From Candidatus Thalassarchaeaceae archaeon (lineage in GTDB: Archaea; Thermoplasmatota; Poseidoniia; Poseidoniales; Thalassarchaeaceae): 12,904 nucleotides of DNA. Below, piece by piece: positions 1 through 8,088 of the stretch. Both the position numbers and the translations under genes were made by a program. The notes beneath the pieces were generated by a model, which was not told the DNA's origin, did no database searches, and worked only from the letters and a program-made list of their open reading frames with translations. Within the stretch, counting starts at the first letter, position 1; each line of letters starts with the position of its first letter. The DNA is taken from assembly GCA_030747675.1 (NCBI GenBank), contig JASLKH010000026.1, forward strand, positions 1 to 12,904, read 5' to 3'.

Positions 1-2
1 TC

Positions 3-2591
3 TCACCCGAAACATTGAGCACTGGTGGGGCTGGAATAAAGGTCAACCAGTCGTATGGTTTGGGTTGGTTTGCAGTTCGTGATGTTGAAGGAGAAGTTGT
101 AAATGATGATCTACAAAATGGCGATTGGGTTGTTGCAGGTGAAACAATACATTTCCAAGGCCAAATTTTGTTTGTAGATACCCAAGATGCGCCATTAAAC
201 TCAGTTTACGATGTCCGAGTGGCACGTAAAGATAGTCAAGGTGATTTTGTTGCATCATCTTGGAAAGATAATTCTAATCCAAATGGTTCATTCTTCATTT
301 CTGTACAAGTTCCTGAAATCAATATCCCCGAAGGTGTAACATTTGAAGTTCAAACCTACAATGAAAGAGACTCAACCAAAGTCATGCCTGTCAATTCATC
401 GTGGAGACGCACAATCCGAGTCGATAATTCAGCACCACTAATTATCAACAATTGGCCTCAAGATAGTGATTATGAAGCATCCAGTACATCCCAACAGATT
501 GCAGTTACTGTCCGAGATGAAGTAGGAGACCCTGAAGAATTGATTCTACATTATTGGGTAGAAGCAGACCATGACTCCAACAGAAATGGTATTGCGGATT
601 CAAATGAGTATGTGAATCAAACACTTACAAATCAAACCCATGAAGAAGAAAAAGTATTCTTTGGTATGATTGATGATTCACGTAATCCGAATATGGCTAG
701 AGTTTCATACTTTATTTCAGGTACTGACCCTGCAGGGAATTCACTGATATCTCCTGATGGCCCTGGATTTGATTATGATTTAGCTACATATCGTACACGA
801 AAAGATATGGCTTCAGTATTTACCGGATTAAATTGGGTAAATCATGCAGATGGATCAGATGTTTTCAGTGGTACCGACCAATCAATTTCTGTAGGCCTTG
901 TAGATGCAAATGGAATCATTGATTTTGAGTATATTTCGCTAGTATTTGACTTTGAAGGTCCAGATCCTGAACGCGATCAACAAAAAATTTCATACAATGG
1001 AAGAAGCGGGATGTGGTCATATGACGATGCGTATCTTGAATTGCTCCCTAGTAGTACTACATCAGTAACTACAAACACTTCAGGATTACCTTGGATTTTC
1101 ATCAATTTTGACTTCAAGTTTTCATGGGATTGGCCTGATGAAGATATTTCTGACTTAGCCTTGGTTTACAAAGAACTAGGCTCCACAGAACCAACTCGAA
1201 TTGAATTTGATGAGTACACTTTCAGTGTAGAAAATGATCTCGTTCTAGACGCATCTACATACCTCGTAGAGGATGTTGCAGAGCCAAGAGTTGGACAAGT
1301 AGATGATGCCACTCCTGTCCGACCAGATGATCGATTACGATGGTCTGGAAGAGTAGTCTATGAAGGAAGTAATGTTCCGGCTCCAAATGATTTGGGAATC
1401 ACTGTTGAAGTCTTTGATGGGGTAGAATATTGGTCCGATGGGAGTCTTACTGACGATGGGCGCTTTGGGATTGAAGTTCCATTAAACGCTGCAACAACTT
1501 TGCAAAGTGCTGAATCTCGAACTTTCTTAACCGGTGTTCGAAATGTACCTGGTCGGGGAGAGGACATGACAAGAAGTACGGTCGCAACAACATTGCAACT
1601 GAATGTAGACCATACACCACCAAGGGTCCATCATAGAATAGAACCCGTGAATGTCATTGACATTTCTGCTGCCAGTGACTTAACCAATGTTCCTGTTAAA
1701 TTTGTAGGATGGGAAGAATGCTTATTGGTTGATGATGATGACCGTTGTGCTGCATTTGGACAAAGTCCACAATGGGTGAATTGGGTCATGAGAGATGATG
1801 CAAGGACTATTGCTGCTGGACAATCACTGTTAGCCATGCAAGTTCTTGATGACAGCATCGAATGGATTGGTGAAGTTGATCTTACTAGCGATGGAGTTGT
1901 TTCACCTCGTGCAGGCTACAGAGTTGGTTTTTGGATAACTGGACATGACGCTGCTGGGAATGAATTTCCTATGGCAACGAATACTGAGAGTGACCCTGTT
2001 CGTGAACGTGCAGATGATGATGATGATTACAATCTTGCTTGGGTTAAACTTGGAGCCACAGTTGCAGAACTTATGGTAAAAAGTATTACTTTAGAAAAAG
2101 ATACACTAAGCGAAGGAAGTGAAGTGGAAATTTCAGCAATTATAGCTAATGTGGGTGGCCAAACAGAATCATCATTTACAGTTCAATTCATAGCGGAAGG
2201 TGAAGTTTTTGATTCACAGCGTATTGCTGGGTTGCCTAGTGAAACAGAATTCCCAATAAAAGCTACATGGAAGGCTGAAAAAGGAGTAGATCGAATTACA
2301 ATCTTAATTGATGCTGACAATGAAGTTGTTGAAGTAGACGAAGACGGTAATAGTATGTCAATTGGCGTATCAGTAGAGTATTCATGGGGAATGGGATGGG
2401 TTGACAGTTGGCGACAAAATCCCTTGACTGTAATTGGTGTGATTATTGCTTTAATCCTGTTACCAACAATTGCTGTGATTACGTGGAAAACTTCTCTCTC
2501 AACTTCTTCTGATTTGTATGATGATGAATTACATTACGAAGATGATGAGGATGATGATTGGGAAGATGAGGATGAGGATGATTGGGAATAA
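3..2591 (+). CDS. Large acidic cell-surface protein with C-terminal CARDB (Ig-like) domain, single transmembrane anchor and acidic tail; 5'-truncated
   Basis: The frame is open from the window edge (tca ccc gaa aca ttg...), so the TTG at 15 is not the real start. It contains beta-rich acidic repeats and an EF-hand-like loop DSNRNGIADSNE (573-608). A CARDB-like segment spans ~2064-2378 (ELMVKSITL...ISAIIANVG...ATW...ITILIDADNEVVEVDEDGN). A hydrophobic helix LTVIGVIIALILLPTIAVITW (2424-2486) is followed by a D/E-rich tail. Stop TAA at 2589-2591. Confidence 0.8.
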   Translation, partial: SPETLSTGGAGIKVNQSYGLGWFAVRDVEGEVVNDDLQNGDWVVAGETIHFQGQILFVDTQDAPLNSVYDVRVARKDSQGDFVASSWKDNSNPNGSFFISVQVPEINIPEGVTFEVQTYNERDSTKVMPVNSSWRRTIRVDNSAPLIINNWPQDSDYEASSTSQQIAVTVRDEVGDPEELILHYWVEADHDSNRNGIADSNEYVNQTLTNQTHEEEKVFFGMIDDSRNPNMARVSYFISGTDPAGNSLISPDGPGFDYDLATYRTRKDMASVFTGLNWVNHADGSDVFSGTDQSISVGLVDANGIIDFEYISLVFDFEGPDPERDQQKISYNGRSGMWSYDDAYLELLPSSTTSVTTNTSGLPWIFINFDFKFSWDWPDEDISDLALVYKELGSTEPTRIEFDEYTFSVENDLVLDASTYLVEDVAEPRVGQVDDATPVRPDDRLRWSGRVVYEGSNVPAPNDLGITVEVFDGVEYWSDGSLTDDGRFGIEVPLNAATTLQSAESRTFLTGVRNVPGRGEDMTRSTVATTLQLNVDHTPPRVHHRIEPVNVIDISAASDLTNVPVKFVGWEECLLVDDDDRCAAFGQSPQWVNWVMRDDARTIAAGQSLLAMQVLDDSIEWIGEVDLTSDGVVSPRAGYRVGFWITGHDAAGNEFPMATNTESDPVRERADDDDDYNLAWVKLGATVAELMVKSITLEKDTLSEGSEVEISAIIANVGGQTESSFTVQFIAEGEVFDSQRIAGLPSETEFPIKATWKAEKGVDRITILIDADNEVVEVDEDGNSMSIGVSVEYSWGMGWVDSWRQNPLTVIGVIIALILLPTIAVITWKTSLSTSSDLYDDELHYEDDEDDDWEDEDEDDWE
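2544..2588 (+). repeat. Imperfect tandem duplication in a coding low-complexity tract (DEDDDWE / DEDEDDWE)
   Basis: GATGAGGATGATGATTGGGAA (2544-2564) is followed directly by GATGAGGATGAGGATGATTGGGAA (2565-2588). Confidence 0.75.
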
Positions 2592-2654
2592 TTCCCAATA
2601 AGTTCGGCGGATTCAAAGCATTGGAGCAGGCGCCACTGAATGGGAGCCGAGAGA

Positions 2655-5600
2655 ATGGGAGTATTCGATTCACTTTGTATTCCTTTGAACTCTCACCTGG
2701 CTGATGAAGGGTGGGTGCCAACACCCATACAAGAATCTGCCATAATACCAATTTCATCTGGTAAAAATTGCATTTTAATTGCACCCACGGGTTCTGGAAA
2801 AACTGAAGCTGCAATTCTTCCTATGATTAGCAGAGCCTTTTCTAAAGAATGGGGGCCGATGTCCATACTCTATGTTACTCCACTTAGAGCATTAAACCGA
2901 GATATTGATCGTCGCTTGGAAAAATGGGTTAAATTGGCCGGGATTACAGTCGGTCTACGACATGGAGATACCTCTCAATCTGAACGAAATAAGCAATCAA
3001 GAAAACCCCCTCACTTACTTGTTACAACACCTGAAACATTGCAAATAATGATGACTGGGAAGAGACTGCGAGAGCATTTGAAAAACGTACGTGCGGTCAT
3101 TGTTGACGAAGTACATGAATTAGCGGCATCGGAAAGGGGGTCCCAGCTATTAGTTGGCCTTTCAAGAATTGAGGAATTGGCAAAAAGAAAAATTCAGCGA
3201 GTTGGATTATCTGCTACAGTGGGAAACCCCAATGAAATTGCCAATTGGTTAGCAACTGAAAATTGTGAACCGATTATTGCCCCAGCACCCCGCGGCACAG
3301 AAATTAGAATCACCTGTTCTCAGCCAGAAGATCAAGATGAAGCCATTGCATTGGAACATAACACTTCACCAAAAGCAATGGCTTCACTACGAATGCTGGC
3401 TAAAAGATTGAAGAAAGATGCTCCTTCATTAATTTTCGTAAATAGCAGAAATGCAGCAGAGACTGTTGCTTCAAGGTTAGCAACTTTTGACAAATCCCTA
3501 GATATTGGAATTCATCATGGATCTCTGTCAAGTGAATTACGAGAAGAAATGGAAGAACGATTGCAATCCGGAAACATTCATGCATTAGTTTGCACCAGTA
3601 GTTTGGAACTTGGAATTGATGTTGGTGCTATTCGTCATGTGCATCAAATTCAGTCCCCACGTTCAGTTGATAGATTGCTGCAAAGAGTAGGCCGTGCGGA
3701 ACATGTATTGGGTGGAACTGGAAGAGGGGATTTGGTTGCATGGGAACATGATGAGATTGGTGAAGCCGCAGTAATTGCACGTCGTGCTATATCGGGTGAA
3801 TTGGAAGGAGTTCGTTGGCGTACAATGCCACGAACCGTAGCTGCAAACCAGATGGTCATGATGACTTTGTCCGAAGGAATCACACCTCTTGATGCTACAA
3901 CCACTTTATTCCAAAGAACTTCAATATTCAAGGAATGGACTCATCAAGATACGCTTTCACTAGCAAAAATTCTTGATGATCGTTGGCTAATTCGACTCGT
4001 CGAAAATCCTATGATATCCGATCCATTAGAGTGGGCTCCATCACTTTGGAGGAAACTTGCTGAGGGAATTTCTGTTCCTGAAGAAAGGCCAAAGCCCGAA
4101 GAAATCGAAGATGTAGATGAAAGCAAGGTTAACCTTTGGAGAGAAGCGATTCGATCTCAACTTCCTCAACATTTGAAAGGAGGTTGGACTTCTGCAGCTG
4201 CAAGAACTCGTCAATATATGATGAAGCATCTCTCAATGATACCAGATGAGCAGCGATATACAGTTAGAGATTCTGTTTCAAGAAAGGCAATCGGTTCCGT
4301 AGATGAAGCATTTGTTCTTTCATTGAATGATTCTGGGCAAGAAACTGATGGAATTGCTCGAAGGTTTGTGATAGTTGGTCGTACATGGGAAATAATTGAA
4401 GCCGACCCTGAAAAATCCGAATTACTAGTTGCTCCAGCCGGACCTGGGGGTTCGGCCCCAGTTTGGAGTGGAGAATTACCTCCCGTTCCAGCAACAATTG
4501 CAAGAGAAGTTGGTGCACTGCGAAGAAAGGTTCGCGAACTAGCGGAAGGGACAAATGAAGAGGATTATGAAAAATTCGAGCGTTTGGATTGGATAGGTGG
4601 ATTGCCACCAAAAACTGAAATCGAAGATTATCCGTTGGCACCTGACGCTTTGGAACTGTATATGAATACAATAACTGAACATGTTGCAGCAGCAGAAAAT
4701 CTTCCTGATGAGCGAAACATCGATGTTGAAACTCGTCGTGATGCAATTGTTGTTCATTCTTGTCATGGTAGCCGAGTTAATGAGACGCTAGCACACTTTC
4801 TACAGGCTATGGCATCAACTATTGAAGGTCGAATGGGGCGAGTAATTGTTGATCCATACCGCATCAGTTTGCAAGTTCCAGGACTACGTGCAACGCATGT
4901 CGTAGATTGGTTGACACAAACCAAACCCGAAGGATTGGAAAGTATCATGAGAGTTACAATTCCAAATGGAAGACAACTACGGTGGAGACTTGTGCAAGTT
5001 TGCAAAGTAATGGGTGTCCTTCAATCAGGTGTTGATCCAAGAAAAGTGAATCTATCTGGAATCATTAATCGGTACAAAGGAACACCTTTGATGGAGGAAG
5101 CATTAGATAAATTATTCAATGAACGAATGGATATTGAAAGCACCATAGATTTACTCCATGCAATACAATCAGGGATTGTTCAAGTTGAACAACGGAGTCC
5201 AGGACGACTTGGACTTTCACCAAAGTCAGAAAGAGATCTACAACTTCCTGATTGGTCAAATGTTGAAGTCCGAAAAAGATTAGAAGGGCGACTAATCAAT
5301 GAAAGAGTTCTAACAATTTGTTTACGTTGTCAGGCTACCACTAGATTCAGAGTAGCTAGATATCCTGAAATTGATAAGAAATGTACAATATGCAATGCAA
5401 CAATGCGAGCGGTTGCTCGAGAAGGTCTAGCAGATGAACTCAAAAAATGGGTCAAGTCCGATGAAACAAAAGTGAAAAATCGTATGCTAAAGAATGCTGA
5501 AATGGTTCAACATCGTGGCTTGGATGCAATTCTCTGCCTGATGGGAAGGGGTATTGGTGAAGAAACTGCAACACGAATTCTACGAGCAAATCCAATTGGC

Positions 5601-5678
5601 TGCCAGCGAGACGCATTGCTAAAATCAATTCATGATGCTGAAATTCAATATGCACGAACAAGGCGCTTCTGGGGTTAG
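2655..5678 (+). CDS. lhr: ATP-dependent SF2 helicase, archaeal Lhr family (DEVH box) with C-terminal Cys4 zinc-binding motif
   Basis: Motifs seen: Q motif (PTPIQESAI), I APTGSGKT, Ia YVTPLRALNRD, RHGDT, Ib VTTPETLQ, II DEVH, III GLSATV, IV IFVNSR, HHGSLS, V CTSSLELGID and VI LLQRVGRAEH. Lhr-type downstream segments include SMIPD, GRTWEI and PVWSGELPPV. CLRC...CTIC lies at 5319-5393 and the protein ends ARTRRFWG. The start is either ATG 2655 (GGAG 8 nt upstream) or ATG 2640. Confidence 0.9.
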   Translation: MGVFDSLCIPLNSHLADEGWVPTPIQESAIIPISSGKNCILIAPTGSGKTEAAILPMISRAFSKEWGPMSILYVTPLRALNRDIDRRLEKWVKLAGITVGLRHGDTSQSERNKQSRKPPHLLVTTPETLQIMMTGKRLREHLKNVRAVIVDEVHELAASERGSQLLVGLSRIEELAKRKIQRVGLSATVGNPNEIANWLATENCEPIIAPAPRGTEIRITCSQPEDQDEAIALEHNTSPKAMASLRMLAKRLKKDAPSLIFVNSRNAAETVASRLATFDKSLDIGIHHGSLSSELREEMEERLQSGNIHALVCTSSLELGIDVGAIRHVHQIQSPRSVDRLLQRVGRAEHVLGGTGRGDLVAWEHDEIGEAAVIARRAISGELEGVRWRTMPRTVAANQMVMMTLSEGITPLDATTTLFQRTSIFKEWTHQDTLSLAKILDDRWLIRLVENPMISDPLEWAPSLWRKLAEGISVPEERPKPEEIEDVDESKVNLWREAIRSQLPQHLKGGWTSAAARTRQYMMKHLSMIPDEQRYTVRDSVSRKAIGSVDEAFVLSLNDSGQETDGIARRFVIVGRTWEIIEADPEKSELLVAPAGPGGSAPVWSGELPPVPATIAREVGALRRKVRELAEGTNEEDYEKFERLDWIGGLPPKTEIEDYPLAPDALELYMNTITEHVAAAENLPDERNIDVETRRDAIVVHSCHGSRVNETLAHFLQAMASTIEGRMGRVIVDPYRISLQVPGLRATHVVDWLTQTKPEGLESIMRVTIPNGRQLRWRLVQVCKVMGVLQSGVDPRKVNLSGIINRYKGTPLMEEALDKLFNERMDIESTIDLLHAIQSGIVQVEQRSPGRLGLSPKSERDLQLPDWSNVEVRKRLEGRLINERVLTICLRCQATTRFRVARYPEIDKKCTICNATMRAVAREGLADELKKWVKSDETKVKNRMLKNAEMVQHRGLDAILCLMGRGIGEETATRILRANPIGCQRDALLKSIHDAEIQYARTRRFWG

Positions 5679-5698
5679 TAACCCTCATGGACGGGGAG
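5679..5698 (+). repeat. Left arm of an imperfect inverted repeat (partner at 6704-6723)
   Basis: TAACCCTCATGGACGGGGAG versus the reverse complement of 6704-6723, TAACCCTCAAACGCGGGAAG: 15/20 identical, with the first 9 exact. Confidence 0.55.
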
Positions 5699-5700
5699 GT
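5695..5700 (+). promoter_or_regulatory. Shine-Dalgarno site of the kinase-like gene
   Basis: GGAGGT, 12 nt upstream of ATG 5713. Confidence 0.55.
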
Positions 5701-5712
5701 AAACCTCGGTGC

Positions 5713-6261
5713 ATGTGGTTCGGGCTCACGGGGCGGAACGCCTCTGGAAAAACAACTGTAGTTGAGTGGCTCAAAAAGCATGGATACAAAGCAACTTCAT
5801 GCTCTGATTCAATACGCTCATGGTTACATGAGGAAGGTGAAGAAATCACACGTGAAAATCTAATTCAAGGTGGTAGAACGCTGCGTGAAATGGGTGGAGC
5901 GGGGATATTAGCAGAAATGCTACGTGACTCAAATTCTGATGAAAAAAAATTGGTGATTGATTCTATTCGTACTCCTGCTGAAGTTGAGGCACTTCGACAG
6001 CGAGTTGAGTTTCAATTAATTGAAGTTCGAGCTAGTAGAGAAGTTCGCTGGGAACGTCTCCAATCAAGAGCAAGACCAGGGGACCCTGAGACCTATGAAT
6101 TATTTGTTGAGCAAGAAGAAGCTGAATTAATTGCGGTGAATACCAGTGGCCAGGCGCTTGATGCTACAGCAAAAATGGCCGATATTGTAATCAATAACAA
6201 TGGCATTTCAGATGAGTTGGATAGAGCCCTAGAGAATCTACTCAAGCCTGACGAATCTTGA
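5713..6261 (+). CDS. P-loop nucleoside/nucleotide kinase-like protein (COG0237 / dephospho-CoA-kinase-like AAA family); substrate uncertain
   Basis: Walker A GLTGRNASGKTT sits at the N-terminus. Also present are SCSDSIR, TRENLIQGGRTLRE, VIDSIRTPAEV, RWERLQSRARPGD and ADIVINNNG. ATG 5713 follows GGAGGT (5695-5700) and avoids the overlap with lhr that a 5632 start would cause. Confidence 0.8.
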   Translation: MWFGLTGRNASGKTTVVEWLKKHGYKATSCSDSIRSWLHEEGEEITRENLIQGGRTLREMGGAGILAEMLRDSNSDEKKLVIDSIRTPAEVEALRQRVEFQLIEVRASREVRWERLQSRARPGDPETYELFVEQEEAELIAVNTSGQALDATAKMADIVINNNGISDELDRALENLLKPDES

Positions 6262-6679
6262 GTCCAGCCTCGGTCATCATTTGGGTTGATGTGTCAAAGT
6301 CATGCATCCATCGTTCAGGTACTTCACTGTCTTCTGGATAGACAACTTCGATTACACCTGCCTGAATTAATGAGCGGGCACAGCGAGTGCAAGGCGGCCA
6401 AGTAACATATGCTGTACAACCTTTCAGAGAAAGGCCTATTCGAGCTGCATGCATAATTGCATTTTCTTCAGCGTGACAGATTAAGGGGTATTTTTGCTCA
6501 CGATCTGAGAGGCGTTCTGAATCATCTTTGATACCCCTTGGGAATCCATTGAATCCAGTACTCCTAATTTCACGGTCCTCACCGACCACAACACATCCCA
6601 CCTTTGTGGAAGGATCTTTTGACCAACCGGATATATGACCTGCCAAATCAAGAAATCGCTTATCCCACTTGTCACTCAT
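6242..6679 (-). CDS. dCMP (deoxycytidylate) deaminase, ComEB/DCTD-like zinc-dependent deaminase
   Basis: Motifs: WSKDPSTKVGCVVV, GFNGFPRG, the zinc/catalytic HAEENAI and PCTRC, and LIQAGVIEVVY. ATG at 6679 is preceded by the archaeal SD AGGTGA. The TTG start at 6694 is less likely. Confidence 0.92.
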   Translation of the reverse strand: MSDKWDKRFLDLAGHISGWSKDPSTKVGCVVVGEDREIRSTGFNGFPRGIKDDSERLSDREQKYPLICHAEENAIMHAARIGLSLKGCTAYVTWPPCTRCARSLIQAGVIEVVYPEDSEVPERWMHDFDTSTQMMTEAGLKIRQA

Positions 6680-6683
6680 TGGC

Positions 6684-6689
6684 TCACCT
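6684..6689 (-). promoter_or_regulatory. Shine-Dalgarno site of dCMP deaminase
   Basis: The minus strand reads AGGTGA-GCCA-ATG. Confidence 0.6.
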
Positions 6690-6703
6690 TTCAATCGCTG
6701 TGG

Positions 6704-6723
6704 CTTCCCGCGTTTGAGGGTTA
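6704..6723 (-). repeat. Right arm of an imperfect inverted repeat (partner at 5679-5698)
   Basis: The minus strand reads TAACCCTCAAACGCGGGAAG, starting at the base immediately after the folC stop. Confidence 0.55.
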
Positions 6724-8088
6724 TTATGCAACAGGGTCAACTCCATCCTCTCCTTCTGGAGGAACTAATATGCTCATTGCATCATATGAGCCATGGTCTA
6801 GATGATTCAAAATATCTCCAATGAGGTAAAGACTACCGATACACAACACTGGCGGAGGAGTCTCGGAGTCAATTTCAATTGCTCTACTATGTGCAATTTC
6901 AAATGCTTCCAAAGGATTTTCTGATAATTCAATATTCAACTCCAAACCTTGCTCAGAAATTACCTTGGCTAATTTGGAATTATCTACTGGTGGTCTACGG
7001 CCCTGAGAGGGTTGGGTTACTACAACATGTTCAATTTGACCTTCGACAATAACTTCAACAAGTGGATGGATAAATTCGTGCAAATCATTTTGATTTGTGC
7101 ATCCAACCAATATTACTCCCGGCATGGGGGCTTCATCACGAGACTTCTGAAATCTAATTTCTTCACATGTTCGTTCCATTCCACTAGGGTTATGGGCAGC
7201 GTCCAGCAAGATTGGTACTGATTCAAATTCAATCCATTGCATTCGGCCTGGCCAATGGGTATGTGTTATTGCCCTTGGAATTTCATTAGCGGCTCTAAAT
7301 AAACCCATATTCAATAGAGCATTTTTAGCCAACATTGCTGCCTCTTCTTTGTAAGGAATCCATCCATCAAAATCTGTCCTTGTTTCTCTAAATGGTTTCA
7401 CTGCATCATCGAAAAGAATCCCTTCCATTCGATCAGCACGCCACCACCATGCCATTTGATGGTCGTTGACAGCATTTTCAATTACTTCTCGGGCATCTTT
7501 GTCATAAGTCCATGATGCAATAAACGGCCGACCTTGGCGAATGATTGCAACTTTCTCATCCGCTATTTCTGCAAGTGTATTTCCTAAAATTTCAGTATGC
7601 TCAAGAGATATTTCGGTCAAAATGCAACAATCTGCATCAACTAACCGAGTAGCATCATATCGCCCTCCAAGTCCAGTCTCAATAACAGCTCTTTGAACAC
7701 CATTTTCACTAAAAGCAATCATTGCAGCAAGAAAAGTTGCTTCATAGAATGTGGGTAAAATTGGCGGATCCTGTAAGGCAGCATCCTTGATTTTAGATAA
7801 ACATGCATCTAACATTTCATTTGTTATCGGAACGCCATCAATTCGAATTCGTTCATTGACATGCCAAAGATGTGGGGAAGTAAAGAGGCCTGTACATGTT
7901 CCTGAAAGGGTTATTGCATTCGATAATATTGCACAACATGTCCCCTTCCCATTGCTTCCCGCTACATGAATTGAAGGAAAGGAATGTTGTGGCATTCCAA
8001 GTCTAGTAAGGAGAGCGGCGGTACTCTCAATTCCTTTACGCATGCCCATGGATTTTAGAGAATTTAACCAAGTTCTAGAATCGTCCAT
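6724..8088 (-). CDS. folC: Folylpolyglutamate synthase / dihydrofolate synthase
   Basis: Motifs: HVAGSNGKGT, FTSPHL, ERIRIDG, PTFYE, VIETGLGGRYDAT, ISLEHTEILGNTLAEIADEK, WPGRMQ, LDAAHNPSG and GSLYLIG. ATG 8088 (MDDSRTWL...) has GGAGG 9 nt upstream. The longer start at 8199 overlaps the divergent gene. Confidence 0.93.
   Translation of the reverse strand: MDDSRTWLNSLKSMGMRKGIESTAALLTRLGMPQHSFPSIHVAGSNGKGTCCAILSNAITLSGTCTGLFTSPHLWHVNERIRIDGVPITNEMLDACLSKIKDAALQDPPILPTFYEATFLAAMIAFSENGVQRAVIETGLGGRYDATRLVDADCCILTEISLEHTEILGNTLAEIADEKVAIIRQGRPFIASWTYDKDAREVIENAVNDHQMAWWWRADRMEGILFDDAVKPFRETRTDFDGWIPYKEEAAMLAKNALLNMGLFRAANEIPRAITHTHWPGRMQWIEFESVPILLDAAHNPSGMERTCEEIRFQKSRDEAPMPGVILVGCTNQNDLHEFIHPLVEVIVEGQIEHVVVTQPSQGRRPPVDNSKLAKVISEQGLELNIELSENPLEAFEIAHSRAIEIDSETPPPVLCIGSLYLIGDILNHLDHGSYDAMSILVPPEGEDGVDPVA

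Noticed and set aside
15-17. TTG at 15 as the start of the surface protein
   Set aside because: The frame is open upstream to the window edge and there is no signal peptide after it, so the gene is 5'-truncated.
2520-2588. GAT/GAG repeats as a CRISPR or mobile repeat
   Set aside because: They are in-frame codons for an acidic tail, with no repeat-spacer structure.
5632-5712. N-terminal extension of the kinase ORF overlapping the lhr 3' end
   Set aside because: It is not protein-like. The Walker A strand begins right after ATG 5713, which has an SD.
43-5781. Minus-strand short ORFs inside the surface-protein and lhr genes (43-258, 1358-1567, 1631-1858, 2479-2814, 3400-5005 set, 5452-5781)
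   Set aside because: They are antisense shadows of strongly supported genes, with no motifs. The His/Pro-rich end of 2479-2814 is just the reverse of the GAT/GAG tract.
2655-6679. lhr + kinase + deaminase as an antiphage defence island
   Set aside because: All three look like housekeeping-type proteins embedded among folC and serS, with no mobility genes, no compositional shift and no toxin/antitoxin partner visible.
5679-6723. IS or MITE interpretation of the inverted repeat
   Set aside because: There is no transposase or target-site duplication, and the enclosed genes are metabolic. It is kept only as a regulatory or inversion hypothesis.
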